Shown here: one piece after another, positions 55,054 through 63,105 of the stretch
How positions within the stretch are numbered: position 1 is the first letter of the stretch
Layout: the number at the start of each line of letters is the position of its first letter
From: Pseudolabrys sp.
GTDB lineage: Bacteria > Pseudomonadota > Alphaproteobacteria > Rhizobiales > Xanthobacteraceae
Assembly: GCA_035626335.1 (NCBI GenBank)
Contig: DASPNW010000023.1
Coordinates: 14,738 to 78,737 of the forward strand
Direction of reading: 5' to 3'
Length of the DNA: 64,000 nt
Made by a program: the position numbers and the translations under genes
The notes under the pieces: generated by a model
Told to the model about the DNA's origin: nothing
Databases searched by the model: none
Seen by the model: only the letters and a program-made list of their open reading frames with translations

Positions 55054-55830
55054 TCAGTCCAACGCGGTGATCTTGAGCTCATTGCCTTCAAGCCATGCCT
55101 GGACCGCCCTGTCGCGCAGGCCTTGGTCCATCGATTCCGCAGTCAGGTAGTAACCATCGATTGCCAGGAGTTCTGCTTCGATCCTGCTGCAGAAGATGCG
55201 GGCCCGCGTATTGCCATTCGAGCCCGCCATCGCGCGCCCGCGCAGCGCGCCATAAATGTGTATCGATCCACCGGCGATGAGTTCCGCGCCCGACCCTACC
55301 GATCCAAGAACCGTCACGTCGCCATCCGGAAAAAAGACCGATTGCCCGGAGCGTACCGGTTTATCGAGCAGGAGCGTCGCAGGTTTACGGGGCGAATCCG
55401 GCGCCGGCGCCGACGTTGGCGGTTCGGCGATATCGATACTTGTGCTCGCTCCCTTGCTGGAGCGCACCAAAGGCGGCAAACCATTGCCGGTGGCGGCGGC
55501 ATCAACATTCTCGAGCCCCATTGTCCGCACGCCGCGCTGTTCCAATTCAGCCAGCAGGTGTGCGATCGCCGACTTGCTGAGCTTTACAGCGGACAGGTCG
55601 AGAACGACTGGCGGCCCAATAAAGAAACATCCCGCGCCCTTGATCTTTTGGTCGATCTCGGCGATCCACTCGATAATTGGCGGCTTGGGCGCAAGAACCA
55701 CAGCCATGTACGAACGGCAAACAAATCGCGTTGCCTGTCCCGGCTGAACGTCGGACGTCACGGCCGCTCCTGGCTTTTCATGAGCGTGGGCGCGCAACGC
55801 CGTCGCTTTTCTCGTGGCAACGTCATTCAT
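55054..55830 (-). CDS. minC: Septum site-determining protein MinC
   Basis: PVRSGQSV, GDVTVLGSVGSGAELIAGGSIHIYGALRGRAMAG, EAELLAIDG. Confidence 0.93.
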   Translation of the reverse strand: MNDVATRKATALRAHAHEKPGAAVTSDVQPGQATRFVCRSYMAVVLAPKPPIIEWIAEIDQKIKGAGCFFIGPPVVLDLSAVKLSKSAIAHLLAELEQRGVRTMGLENVDAAATGNGLPPLVRSSKGASTSIDIAEPPTSAPAPDSPRKPATLLLDKPVRSGQSVFFPDGDVTVLGSVGSGAELIAGGSIHIYGALRGRAMAGSNGNTRARIFCSRIEAELLAIDGYYLTAESMDQGLRDRAVQAWLEGNELKITALD

Positions 55831-56110
55831 TTCCTCTGGAACACGTGAGGCCCGCAGTTCGCCCGTCGCGATTTAAGCGTGAGTCGCGCGATTGTTCTGA
55901 AGTGCGATGCTACCGGCAGCGGAAATGTTTTTGGCATCGGCCGCCGGCAAAGAAGACTTTCATGCTGCCGGATTGGATGGACTCTGGAACGCAATGGTCG
56001 CGTCATTAATCGCAGCCGGCGCGCGAGCACGAAAACGTGATCCTGCGCCGCTACCGCTTTACCTTTGCAGCGCCCTCAGCTGCCCGGATCGGAAAAATTC
56101 GAGGAGTCTA

Positions 56111-56126
56111 GGTAAGCACATTTTAA
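56111..56126 (-). promoter_or_regulatory. CtrA-like motif upstream of minC
   Basis: Reverse complement of TTAAAATGTGCTTACC, identical to 34492-34507. Confidence 0.4.
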
Positions 56127-56313
56127 GTCGCGGAAACTCATGATCACGAAATGCTGCGCTTGTTATTGGCAACGCTGGTCTTTGCGGTCAGCTTCGACGT
56201 TCTTCTGTTCGACGGCAAATATACAGATGCCGTCCACCAAATAGCTGTGGTCGCTGTTCAACACTTCTGAGCTTACGTCACGGCGACAAGTGTGCAAACG
56301 CGAAGGAGCGCCC

Positions 56314-56565
56314 ATGCAATTTCGTACCATGAGAAACGTCTCGGAATGTGCGCCCTTGCCCCAGGTCGCGAAATGCCCCCAGTGTGACGAAGAGATGATA
56401 GCGCCGGAGTGGCTGGAGTACTTTGGAGACAAGAGCCGCGTGCGTCACATCTGGAAGTGCGAGTCTTGCGGTCACGCCTTCGAGACCACCATGTCCTTTG
56501 CAGCGGACCGGGGACGGCGTCGATCCGACCAGCAGCGACCTTTAGCCAAAACGTGGTGGTGGTAG
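56314..56565 (+). CDS. Small Zn-ribbon protein
   Basis: CPQC...APEWLEY...RHIWKCESCGHAFET; RBS GAAGGAG. Confidence 0.75.
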   Translation: MQFRTMRNVSECAPLPQVAKCPQCDEEMIAPEWLEYFGDKSRVRHIWKCESCGHAFETTMSFAADRGRRRSDQQRPLAKTWWW

Positions 56566-56592
56566 GCAGGCTGAATCACGCAGCGCAGACAA

Positions 56593-59500
56593 TCACGCTT
56601 GTCCTGGTGACTTCGCAATGGTCGCGGCTGTACGCGGCAGGACGATCCTAAATTCGGTAAACTCGCCCGGCCGAGTGTCGACATCCACAGATCCGCCGTG
56701 TTGCTTGACGATGATGTCGTGGCTGATTGAAAGGCCAAGCCCGGTGCCTTCCCCGGCCGGTTTGGTCGTGAAGAACGGATTGAACATTTTGTCCCTCACC
56801 TCGGCCGGAATACCGGTTCCGTTATCGCGGATGCTGATTTCGACTCGGTCGCCGAGATCCTTTGTTGCAGCCGTGAGCGTAGGTTCGCAGTCGCCGCCGT
56901 TCGTTTCCGTTTTGCGCTTTATCGCTGCGTAGAAGCCGTTTGAGATCAGGTTGAGCAGCGCTCGTGTAATCTCCTGCGGAAAGAGATCGGCCTCGCCGGC
57001 GGCGGGGTCAAACGATCTCTCCAATGTGATATTGAAGTTCTGCTTCTCCGCCCGAGCCCCATGATACGCGAGGTTGAGGCTTTCCTCGACAAGGGTATTG
57101 ATCTCGACCGGCCGACGCTCGCCCGTGCCCTCGCGCGAATGCAACAACATATTCTTGACGATCGCGTCGGCTCGCCTGCCGTGCTGTACAACCTTGTCGA
57201 GATTGCCACGCAGGATCTTGGTCAGCCCGTCAATCTCCTCGCGCGCCTTGTCGTCGATCGATAGGCCGCTCAAGACATCTTGTAATTCATCGATCAATTC
57301 GCCGGAGATCCCCGAAAAGTTATTTACGAAATTGAGCGGGTTTTTGATCTCGTGCGCGATGCCGGCGGTCAATTGACCAAGTGAGGCAAGCTTTTCCGTC
57401 TGAACCAGGCGATCTTGCGCAGCGTGCAAATCCTCCAGCGACTTCGCCAGCTCACGCGTGCGGGTTTGCACGCTTTCGAACAATCGCACGTTCTCGATCG
57501 CGATTGCTGCCTGGTCGGCGAAAGTCGTCGCCAGCTCAATCTGCTTGTCAGTGAACGGACGAACGTCAGTGCGCGTCAAGCTCAGCACCCCGATCGCAAC
57601 GCCCTCGCGCAGCATTGGGACGGAGAGAACCGTGCGATAATCGCCTAATTTCTGCACCTCAGCCAAAGTGTACTCCGGATCGGCCTTCACGTCGGGGATA
57701 TGAACCGCGCGGCCCTCAAGCAAGGCGCGCCCGAACGCAGAGCCTCGCTCGGCCTTGATTGGAATGTCTTTGACGTAGTCCATGAAAGCCCGAGGGAAGC
57801 CGTGAGCCTCCGCGCGATAGAAGGCTCCACCTTTTTCGCGGGTAATGACGGTTTTTTCCGCATCGCAGAGCCGCGCAGCTGATTCAACGAGGGTTTGCAG
57901 CACCGCCCGTAAATCAAAGGTCGAGCGGCTGATAACCTTGAGCACATCGGCTGTGGCAGTCTGCTGCTGGAGGGACTCACGCAGTTCTTTTAGGAGCCGC
58001 GTATTTTCAATTGCGATCACCGCCTGCGCAGCGAAATTCTGTACCAGCTCAATCTCTTTGTCGCTGAACGGCCGTACCTCTTTGCGATAGATGGCGAATG
58101 CGCCGACAAAATCACCCTCCCGCAGCATCGGCACGACAAGCAATGCGCGCATGCCGGCAACATCAGCCGAGCCGACCGCCAACGGATGGCCGGCCAGGTA
58201 GGCGGAATCCTTTCTGACATCCGCTACTTGAATCGGTTTGCGTGTTACTGCGGTGCGAGTCGCGGGAACGTCCTGACTGAGCGGTATGACGGCCGTTTTC
58301 CATTGCTGCGTGAAAGCCTCCGGCATATCGCCCTGAAACGCAGCGTTGCGGAGCCCGCCTCCTTCGTTCAGCCACATTGCGCCATAATTTGCATCGCAGA
58401 TCTGTGTTGCCTTCTCCAGCATCGCGTTGAATACGGGCTCCAATTCCCCGGGCGAGCTGCTGATGACCTTCAGGACTTCGGATGTCGCAGTCTGCTGCTC
58501 CAACGATTCCCGCAGCTCATTGAGCAATCGGACATTCTCGATTGCAATCACGGCCTGGTCGGCGAAGGTTGTCACAAGTTCTATTTGCTTTTGGGTAAAT
58601 GGATTCACCTCATCGCGGGTGAGCACAAAAACGCCGATCGTCGTCCCCTCACGCAACAGCGGCACGCCTAGGCCAGTTCTGTGGCCGAAGGCCTTCTGGT
58701 AACCCGTCGCCTGGTACTCGGAATCGGCCACCACGTCCGGAACATGGATCGTCTTACCTTCCAGTGCCGCTCGGCCCGTGATGCTGCTTCGATCCAGTTG
58801 TAACGGGTGTGTGGACGCGTACTGCTCGGCCTCGCGCGAGAAGCCGTAGTTCGCGGCAAGCCAGTACAACTCTTCCTCGCGTTGAAAAATGACACCCTTG
58901 TCGGCCGCGCAAAGTTGGGCAGCCGACTTGGTCAGCGTATCAAGCACGGTTTGCAGGTCGAAGGTCGACCGGCTGATAACCTTTAGAACGTCGGCAGCGG
59001 CGGTCTGTTGCTGGAGGGATTCGCGAAGCTCGCTGAGCAGGCGTGTATTCTCGATCGCGATCACGGCTTGCGACGCAAAATTCTTGACCAATTCAATTTG
59101 TCTGACGGTGAACTGCCGTACCTCCTGGCGATAGATGCCAAAAATGCCTACAAGTTCATGATCCTTGAGCAATGGCACAAGCAGAAGCGTACGTGCGCCC
59201 GCATGTTTCGCGAGTGGATCGTCGGGATCTTCCGTTTGCAAGTCTGCAATATGGACAACTTTCTTTGTCGTCGAGAGCTGCTTTAGAGCGAGTGAAACAC
59301 TCGGTGTAACCGCTGGCATCCGTTCAGTGAACTTGAGAAATCCGAGTGGTGCATTGTGAACGGCGACGCGCCGAAATTGATCGCCTTGGCGAAGCAACAT
59401 GGAGCCAAAACTTGCCTCGCAGATTCGCGTCGCGTTCTCGAGCATGGTCTCGAAAACCGTCTTTAACTCGCCAGGTGACGAGTTGATGACCTTGAGAATT

Positions 59501-59679
59501 TCTGAGGCGGCCGCCAACTGTTGCAGCGCCTCGTCGCGCTCGCTGGTGAGTCGCGCGACACTCGTTTCCTTGCCGATAGCGAGAGAACCGCGGCGGCGCG
59601 CGACCCTCGGCCGGCGCGACAATGTCTTGCGGCGACGCCCTTTGGCCGTCTTCCTGCCTGCTTTGTCGCGCCGTCTCAT
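56593..59679 (-). CDS. Soluble sensor histidine kinase with four GAF domains
   Basis: Four units ending AVIAIEN.RL; AGIAHEIKNPLN; NLISNG; DNGTG; GEGTGLGL; start MRRRDKAG. Confidence 0.93.
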   Translation of the reverse strand: MRRRDKAGRKTAKGRRRKTLSRRPRVARRRGSLAIGKETSVARLTSERDEALQQLAAASEILKVINSSPGELKTVFETMLENATRICEASFGSMLLRQGDQFRRVAVHNAPLGFLKFTERMPAVTPSVSLALKQLSTTKKVVHIADLQTEDPDDPLAKHAGARTLLLVPLLKDHELVGIFGIYRQEVRQFTVRQIELVKNFASQAVIAIENTRLLSELRESLQQQTAAADVLKVISRSTFDLQTVLDTLTKSAAQLCAADKGVIFQREEELYWLAANYGFSREAEQYASTHPLQLDRSSITGRAALEGKTIHVPDVVADSEYQATGYQKAFGHRTGLGVPLLREGTTIGVFVLTRDEVNPFTQKQIELVTTFADQAVIAIENVRLLNELRESLEQQTATSEVLKVISSSPGELEPVFNAMLEKATQICDANYGAMWLNEGGGLRNAAFQGDMPEAFTQQWKTAVIPLSQDVPATRTAVTRKPIQVADVRKDSAYLAGHPLAVGSADVAGMRALLVVPMLREGDFVGAFAIYRKEVRPFSDKEIELVQNFAAQAVIAIENTRLLKELRESLQQQTATADVLKVISRSTFDLRAVLQTLVESAARLCDAEKTVITREKGGAFYRAEAHGFPRAFMDYVKDIPIKAERGSAFGRALLEGRAVHIPDVKADPEYTLAEVQKLGDYRTVLSVPMLREGVAIGVLSLTRTDVRPFTDKQIELATTFADQAAIAIENVRLFESVQTRTRELAKSLEDLHAAQDRLVQTEKLASLGQLTAGIAHEIKNPLNFVNNFSGISGELIDELQDVLSGLSIDDKAREEIDGLTKILRGNLDKVVQHGRRADAIVKNMLLHSREGTGERRPVEINTLVEESLNLAYHGARAEKQNFNITLERSFDPAAGEADLFPQEITRALLNLISNGFYAAIKRKTETNGGDCEPTLTAATKDLGDRVEISIRDNGTGIPAEVRDKMFNPFFTTKPAGEGTGLGLSISHDIIVKQHGGSVDVDTRPGEFTEFRIVLPRTAATIAKSPGQA

Positions 59680-59761
59680 CGCCTCCCCCGAGGCTGGAAC
59701 ACGGCACAAAGTAGCACACTGGAGGGAGTGGGATATGAGGTCGGCCAAAAGCCGTTTGGCC

Positions 59762-59789
59762 GTATCCGGCACCGGCCAAAAACGGACAC
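59762..59789. repeat. Degenerate repeat
   Basis: GTATCCGGCACCGGCCAAAAACGGACAC. Confidence 0.5.
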
Positions 59790-59837
59790 TAAGACTTGTC
59801 GCCTCGCCGGCGCGGCAACCGGGCCCGATCGGCGCGC

Positions 59838-60116
59838 TCAGAAATTGGTGTTCTGAATAGCTTTCGGACGTTCGTGGTCAACGCTTGCGCCGCGGGGACG
59901 ATTGAAAACGACCGTACAGGCGGGGCTGAGCTGGCGTTTGTTCTGGGCCAGGCAGTGGGTTACGCGAGTTGCATCCGGGATAGCGCTCAGGCAAAGCCGC
60001 ATCACATCCGGCGTGCAGGCCTCTACATCGGCCTGGCTGTAGGCGATTGCGGGGAGCGGAGCCATGGCTGCGACTACGAATGTGCCGGTGATTGCGGCGC
60101 ACGCAAGCTTACGCAT
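59838..60116 (-). CDS. Small secreted single 4-Cys-repeat protein
   Basis: ACTPDVMRLC...VTHCLAQNKRQLSPAC; RBS GGAGG. Confidence 0.8.
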   Translation of the reverse strand: MRKLACAAITGTFVVAAMAPLPAIAYSQADVEACTPDVMRLCLSAIPDATRVTHCLAQNKRQLSPACTVVFNRPRGASVDHERPKAIQNTNF

Positions 60117-60340
60117 GACAAACCTCCAAGACGAGCACAGAACTGCCTTCCGTTCCGTGGTGAATCCCGCGGCATATTTTCGAAATGGCGCGGCCGCGTA
60201 AGGCTCAATATTTGTAAGCACTCGCCTGCGTTGCGACGATCTGATCCGCCAATTAACCTGACCAGGTAACGTTAAGGTTGAGAGCGTTCGTGCTGCCAAT
60301 GCATACAGAATCACCGGGCGAAACTTGTCGCCTTGGCGGC

Positions 60341-60361
60341 TCCGAACGCATTAGCGGACAA
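60341..60361. repeat. Degenerate repeat
   Basis: TCCGAACGCATTAGCGGACAA. Confidence 0.45.
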
Positions 60362-60408
60362 TGAAGACGTTAAGTGCGCGTTGAGTCAGAGGCGGGAAAC
60401 GGCCCACC

Positions 60409-61383
60409 TCACTCAATTACCTCATCCGCCCGTAGCAGAAACGGTCCTGGGATCGTCAGGCCGAGCGCCTTGGCGGTCGTTAGATTGATGACAAGCTCGA
60501 ACTTCGTTGGCTGCTCGACAGGGATATCGCCAGGTTTCGTCCCCCGCAAAATCTTGTCCACGTAGTCTGCCGAATGTCGGAACAGATCGGAATAGTTTGG
60601 TCCGTAGGACATGAGGCCCCCGGCTTGAACAAAATCGCGGGTACTGAAGACCGTCGGCAGCTGCGCCCCAAGCGCAAGCGTGAGGACGCGCGTGCGGTTG
60701 GCAACAACGAGTTGATCGACCACGACGTAAAGAGCGTCCGCTTTGGACTTAAGCACCTCGAATCCAGGAGCGATATCCTCCGGCCGCCGGATTACGAGTG
60801 GTGCAACTTCGAGGCCCAACCTGCGAGCTGCGGCCTGGGTCTCGCCCATCTCCAGCACGGGCTGGGCGTTGTCAACATTGTACATAATTGCCAACCGGCG
60901 TAACCGCGGGACAACCTCACGCAAGAGTTCGATTCGTTTGCCGGCAAGTTCGCCCGCCTGGATCGATAGCCCGGTAACGTTGCCGCCCGGTTTGGCGAGA
61001 CTTGCGACCAAACCATTTCCGACCGGGTCGATCCCCACCGCAAAAACAATCGGGATGACCGTCGTCGCCTGCTTTACGATGGGGACGGCGGTTCCGACCG
61101 TGACAATAACGTCGACCTTAAGGCGAACAAACTCTGCCGCAATCTCGGCGTAGCGCTCGGAGCGGCCCTCCGACCAGCGATACTCTATCGCGACGGTGCG
61201 GCCCTCGATCCAGCCGAGTTCGCGCAGACGCGCCACAAAAGCAGCCGTCCATGGGCCAAAGGCCGAAGCATCCGCACCGAGGAACCCGATGGTCGGCAAC
61301 TTGCCCGATTGCTGCGCGCGCGCGGCGAGCGGCCATGCAGCCGCCGCCCCGCCGACAAGCGATATGAAATCGCGCCGCCTCAT
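60409..61383 (-). CDS. ABC transporter substrate-binding protein (ABC_sub_bind type), orphan
   Basis: MRRRDFISLVGGAAAAWPLAARAQQ; ends INLTTAKALGLTIPGPFLLRADEVIE. Confidence 0.92.
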   Translation of the reverse strand: MRRRDFISLVGGAAAAWPLAARAQQSGKLPTIGFLGADASAFGPWTAAFVARLRELGWIEGRTVAIEYRWSEGRSERYAEIAAEFVRLKVDVIVTVGTAVPIVKQATTVIPIVFAVGIDPVGNGLVASLAKPGGNVTGLSIQAGELAGKRIELLREVVPRLRRLAIMYNVDNAQPVLEMGETQAAARRLGLEVAPLVIRRPEDIAPGFEVLKSKADALYVVVDQLVVANRTRVLTLALGAQLPTVFSTRDFVQAGGLMSYGPNYSDLFRHSADYVDKILRGTKPGDIPVEQPTKFELVINLTTAKALGLTIPGPFLLRADEVIE

Positions 61384-61443
61384 CACCAACCCGAAGCTCA
61401 AAGGCGCATCGTAGCGGTTCAAACCGGCCAACCGGAAGGGGCC
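61384..61443 (-). promoter_or_regulatory. Conserved promoter/leader module
   Basis: CCCTTCCGG-N18-TACGAT-N24-ATG; very similar to 7708-7770. Confidence 0.6.
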
Positions 61444-61502
61444 TTGGCGCGCTTTTAGGCGAAGGTCTAGGTCGGTGCGGTCAGTCTTGCGAGACCGCGG
61501 CG

Positions 61503-62429
61503 CTAGCGTATCGGTTCATTTTTCTTCTGTTCGAATGGATTGAATTTCCGCAGTTTCTCGAGCAGACCGCCGCGTTGCGGGGCCTTCGGGTTGCCCTTTT
61601 GTTGACCGCGATTCTGCTGCTGCGGAGCGCCGGGCTGCCGGAGATTCTTCGGCCGCTGGTTGTTCGGCTGCGGGCGGTTCGGTCCGCGCAATTGGCGACG
61701 CTGGATCGTCATCTGCCGGCCAATATTGTGCGTAGCAAACAGCCGCTGCACCATGCCGCGGTCACGCGCCGCTTCCTGTGGCGAGATTCGAAACGGCAGG
61801 GCAGCGAACTGCCCGCCCAGGCCGCGCCGGATGGCAAATGCGCTCGACCCTTGTGTCAGCGCGCCGAGCCGCGCGCCCTGCGGATTGAAAACCTCTATCC
61901 GGCCCACACGCCCATCGGCATCCGGATAGAGTTTGATTTTGGCCTCACCTGCTGCGGCGTTGTCCGGAACATCGACGACCCCGGTTGTGCCGCGAATACC
62001 GAGATTGGCAGTCGGAGTCGAAATCGTCATATCGCCGGTCTTTGCAACCATGCTGGCGACAAACGCGACCGTGCCGCGGGCGATGTTGAGCACCGCTTTG
62101 TTGCCTTTGGCGCCCTCCTCGTAGACGAATTCGTTGACGACGACACGCGCATTTGCAGTGAGGCTGAGGGTCGTCTCGTCGTCGAAGGTAACGCCAAGCG
62201 ATGAGTTGGCGCCGGTCTGCAAGACGTCTTTTTTGTAGACAGCGTCGCTCACATTCAGCGTGGTGGGCGGCATGCTGCCGCGCGTCACCGTCGTAATGCC
62301 TTGCAGTGTCGCGATTTGTCCTATGGGGTCGTTGGCATCCTGACTCGCGTCCGTTTGATTTTGCGCGCGTGCCACGAATGGCCACGCAATCGCGCCGGTG
62401 GCAAGTGCGATAAACTTGCGGCGCCTCAT
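61503..62429 (-). CDS. FecR-domain exported protein with low-complexity Gln/Pro/Arg tail
   Basis: MRRRKF leader; VLQTGANSSLGVTFDDETTLSL.ANARV, G.VAFV, TPTANLGIRGT. Confidence 0.8.
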   Translation of the reverse strand: MRRRKFIALATGAIAWPFVARAQNQTDASQDANDPIGQIATLQGITTVTRGSMPPTTLNVSDAVYKKDVLQTGANSSLGVTFDDETTLSLTANARVVVNEFVYEEGAKGNKAVLNIARGTVAFVASMVAKTGDMTISTPTANLGIRGTTGVVDVPDNAAAGEAKIKLYPDADGRVGRIEVFNPQGARLGALTQGSSAFAIRRGLGGQFAALPFRISPQEAARDRGMVQRLFATHNIGRQMTIQRRQLRGPNRPQPNNQRPKNLRQPGAPQQQNRGQQKGNPKAPQRGGLLEKLRKFNPFEQKKNEPIR

Positions 62430-62453
62430 TCCCATTTCCATTCCCATTCCCAT
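62427..62453 (-). repeat. Hexamer repeat (ATGGGA)n giving five in-frame ATGs
   Basis: ATGGGA ATGGGA ATGGAA ATGGGA ATG. Confidence 0.85.
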
Positions 62454-62551
62454 TCTCGAACTTCAGGACGCATCTTAGCGACTCGAGCAGAGATATTGAA
62501 AGCGTTTGGCGATGTCAGGCTTGGGATGAGACTTTGCAACAGGACATTGGC

Positions 62552-62579
62552 ATGCCCGCTTCCTCCGAAAAGGGGACAT
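62552..62579. repeat. Degenerate palindromic repeat
   Basis: ATGCCCGCTTCCTCCGAAAAGGGGACAT. Confidence 0.6.
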
Positions 62580-62666
62580 TCGTCTGTGCGTTCGGCATGC
62601 TTGCTAACGGCGAGAAACGCTTGTCAACAGATGTGGCGCGCTAGGCAACGCTGTGTCGCGTTTTCA

Positions 62667-62933
62667 CTATTGCCCCTGCTTGGACGATGGCGTCTTGGCT
62701 GAACGAATGTTTCCCCACGGATCGGTCGATTTTTTCTGGTCGGGAAGTTTCTCCATCGTCGACCGATATGCGTCGTCCACGGCTTTACGCTTTTCTTTCT
62801 CCTCGGGGCTCAGCGGACGCTTGTCGGCATCGAGATTTATCCCGGGCATGAACTGCTGCGCGGAAACGCTTCCGGTCAACGCCATGATGATCGCAATAGA
62901 ACCGAATAACCCGAAGCATACCCGACGTCTCAT
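62667..62933 (-). CDS. Small secreted hypothetical protein (rhizobial type)
   Basis: MRRRVCFG signal; PGINL, EEKEKRKAVDDAYRS, DPWGNIR. Confidence 0.75.
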   Translation of the reverse strand: MRRRVCFGLFGSIAIIMALTGSVSAQQFMPGINLDADKRPLSPEEKEKRKAVDDAYRSTMEKLPDQKKSTDPWGNIRSAKTPSSKQGQ

Positions 62934-62996
62934 CGCCCTCCTCCCAAGCGCAGAAGAGGCATGGTAGCGCCGCGACCGAGCGCCCGGAAGGGGTCG
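62934..62996 (-). promoter_or_regulatory. Conserved promoter/leader module
   Basis: CCCTTCCGG-N17-TACCAT-N27-ATG; RBS GGAGGAGG. Confidence 0.55.
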
Positions 62997-63105
62997 AACA
63001 CAAATAGCAGCCAATGTCAGTTTTTTGCCATCAGCCTCCAGCCTTGCCGAAGGACATAAATTTCTGTCAGCTTCGCCACACCAAAATGGCTCTGGTGGGC
63101 AGATT

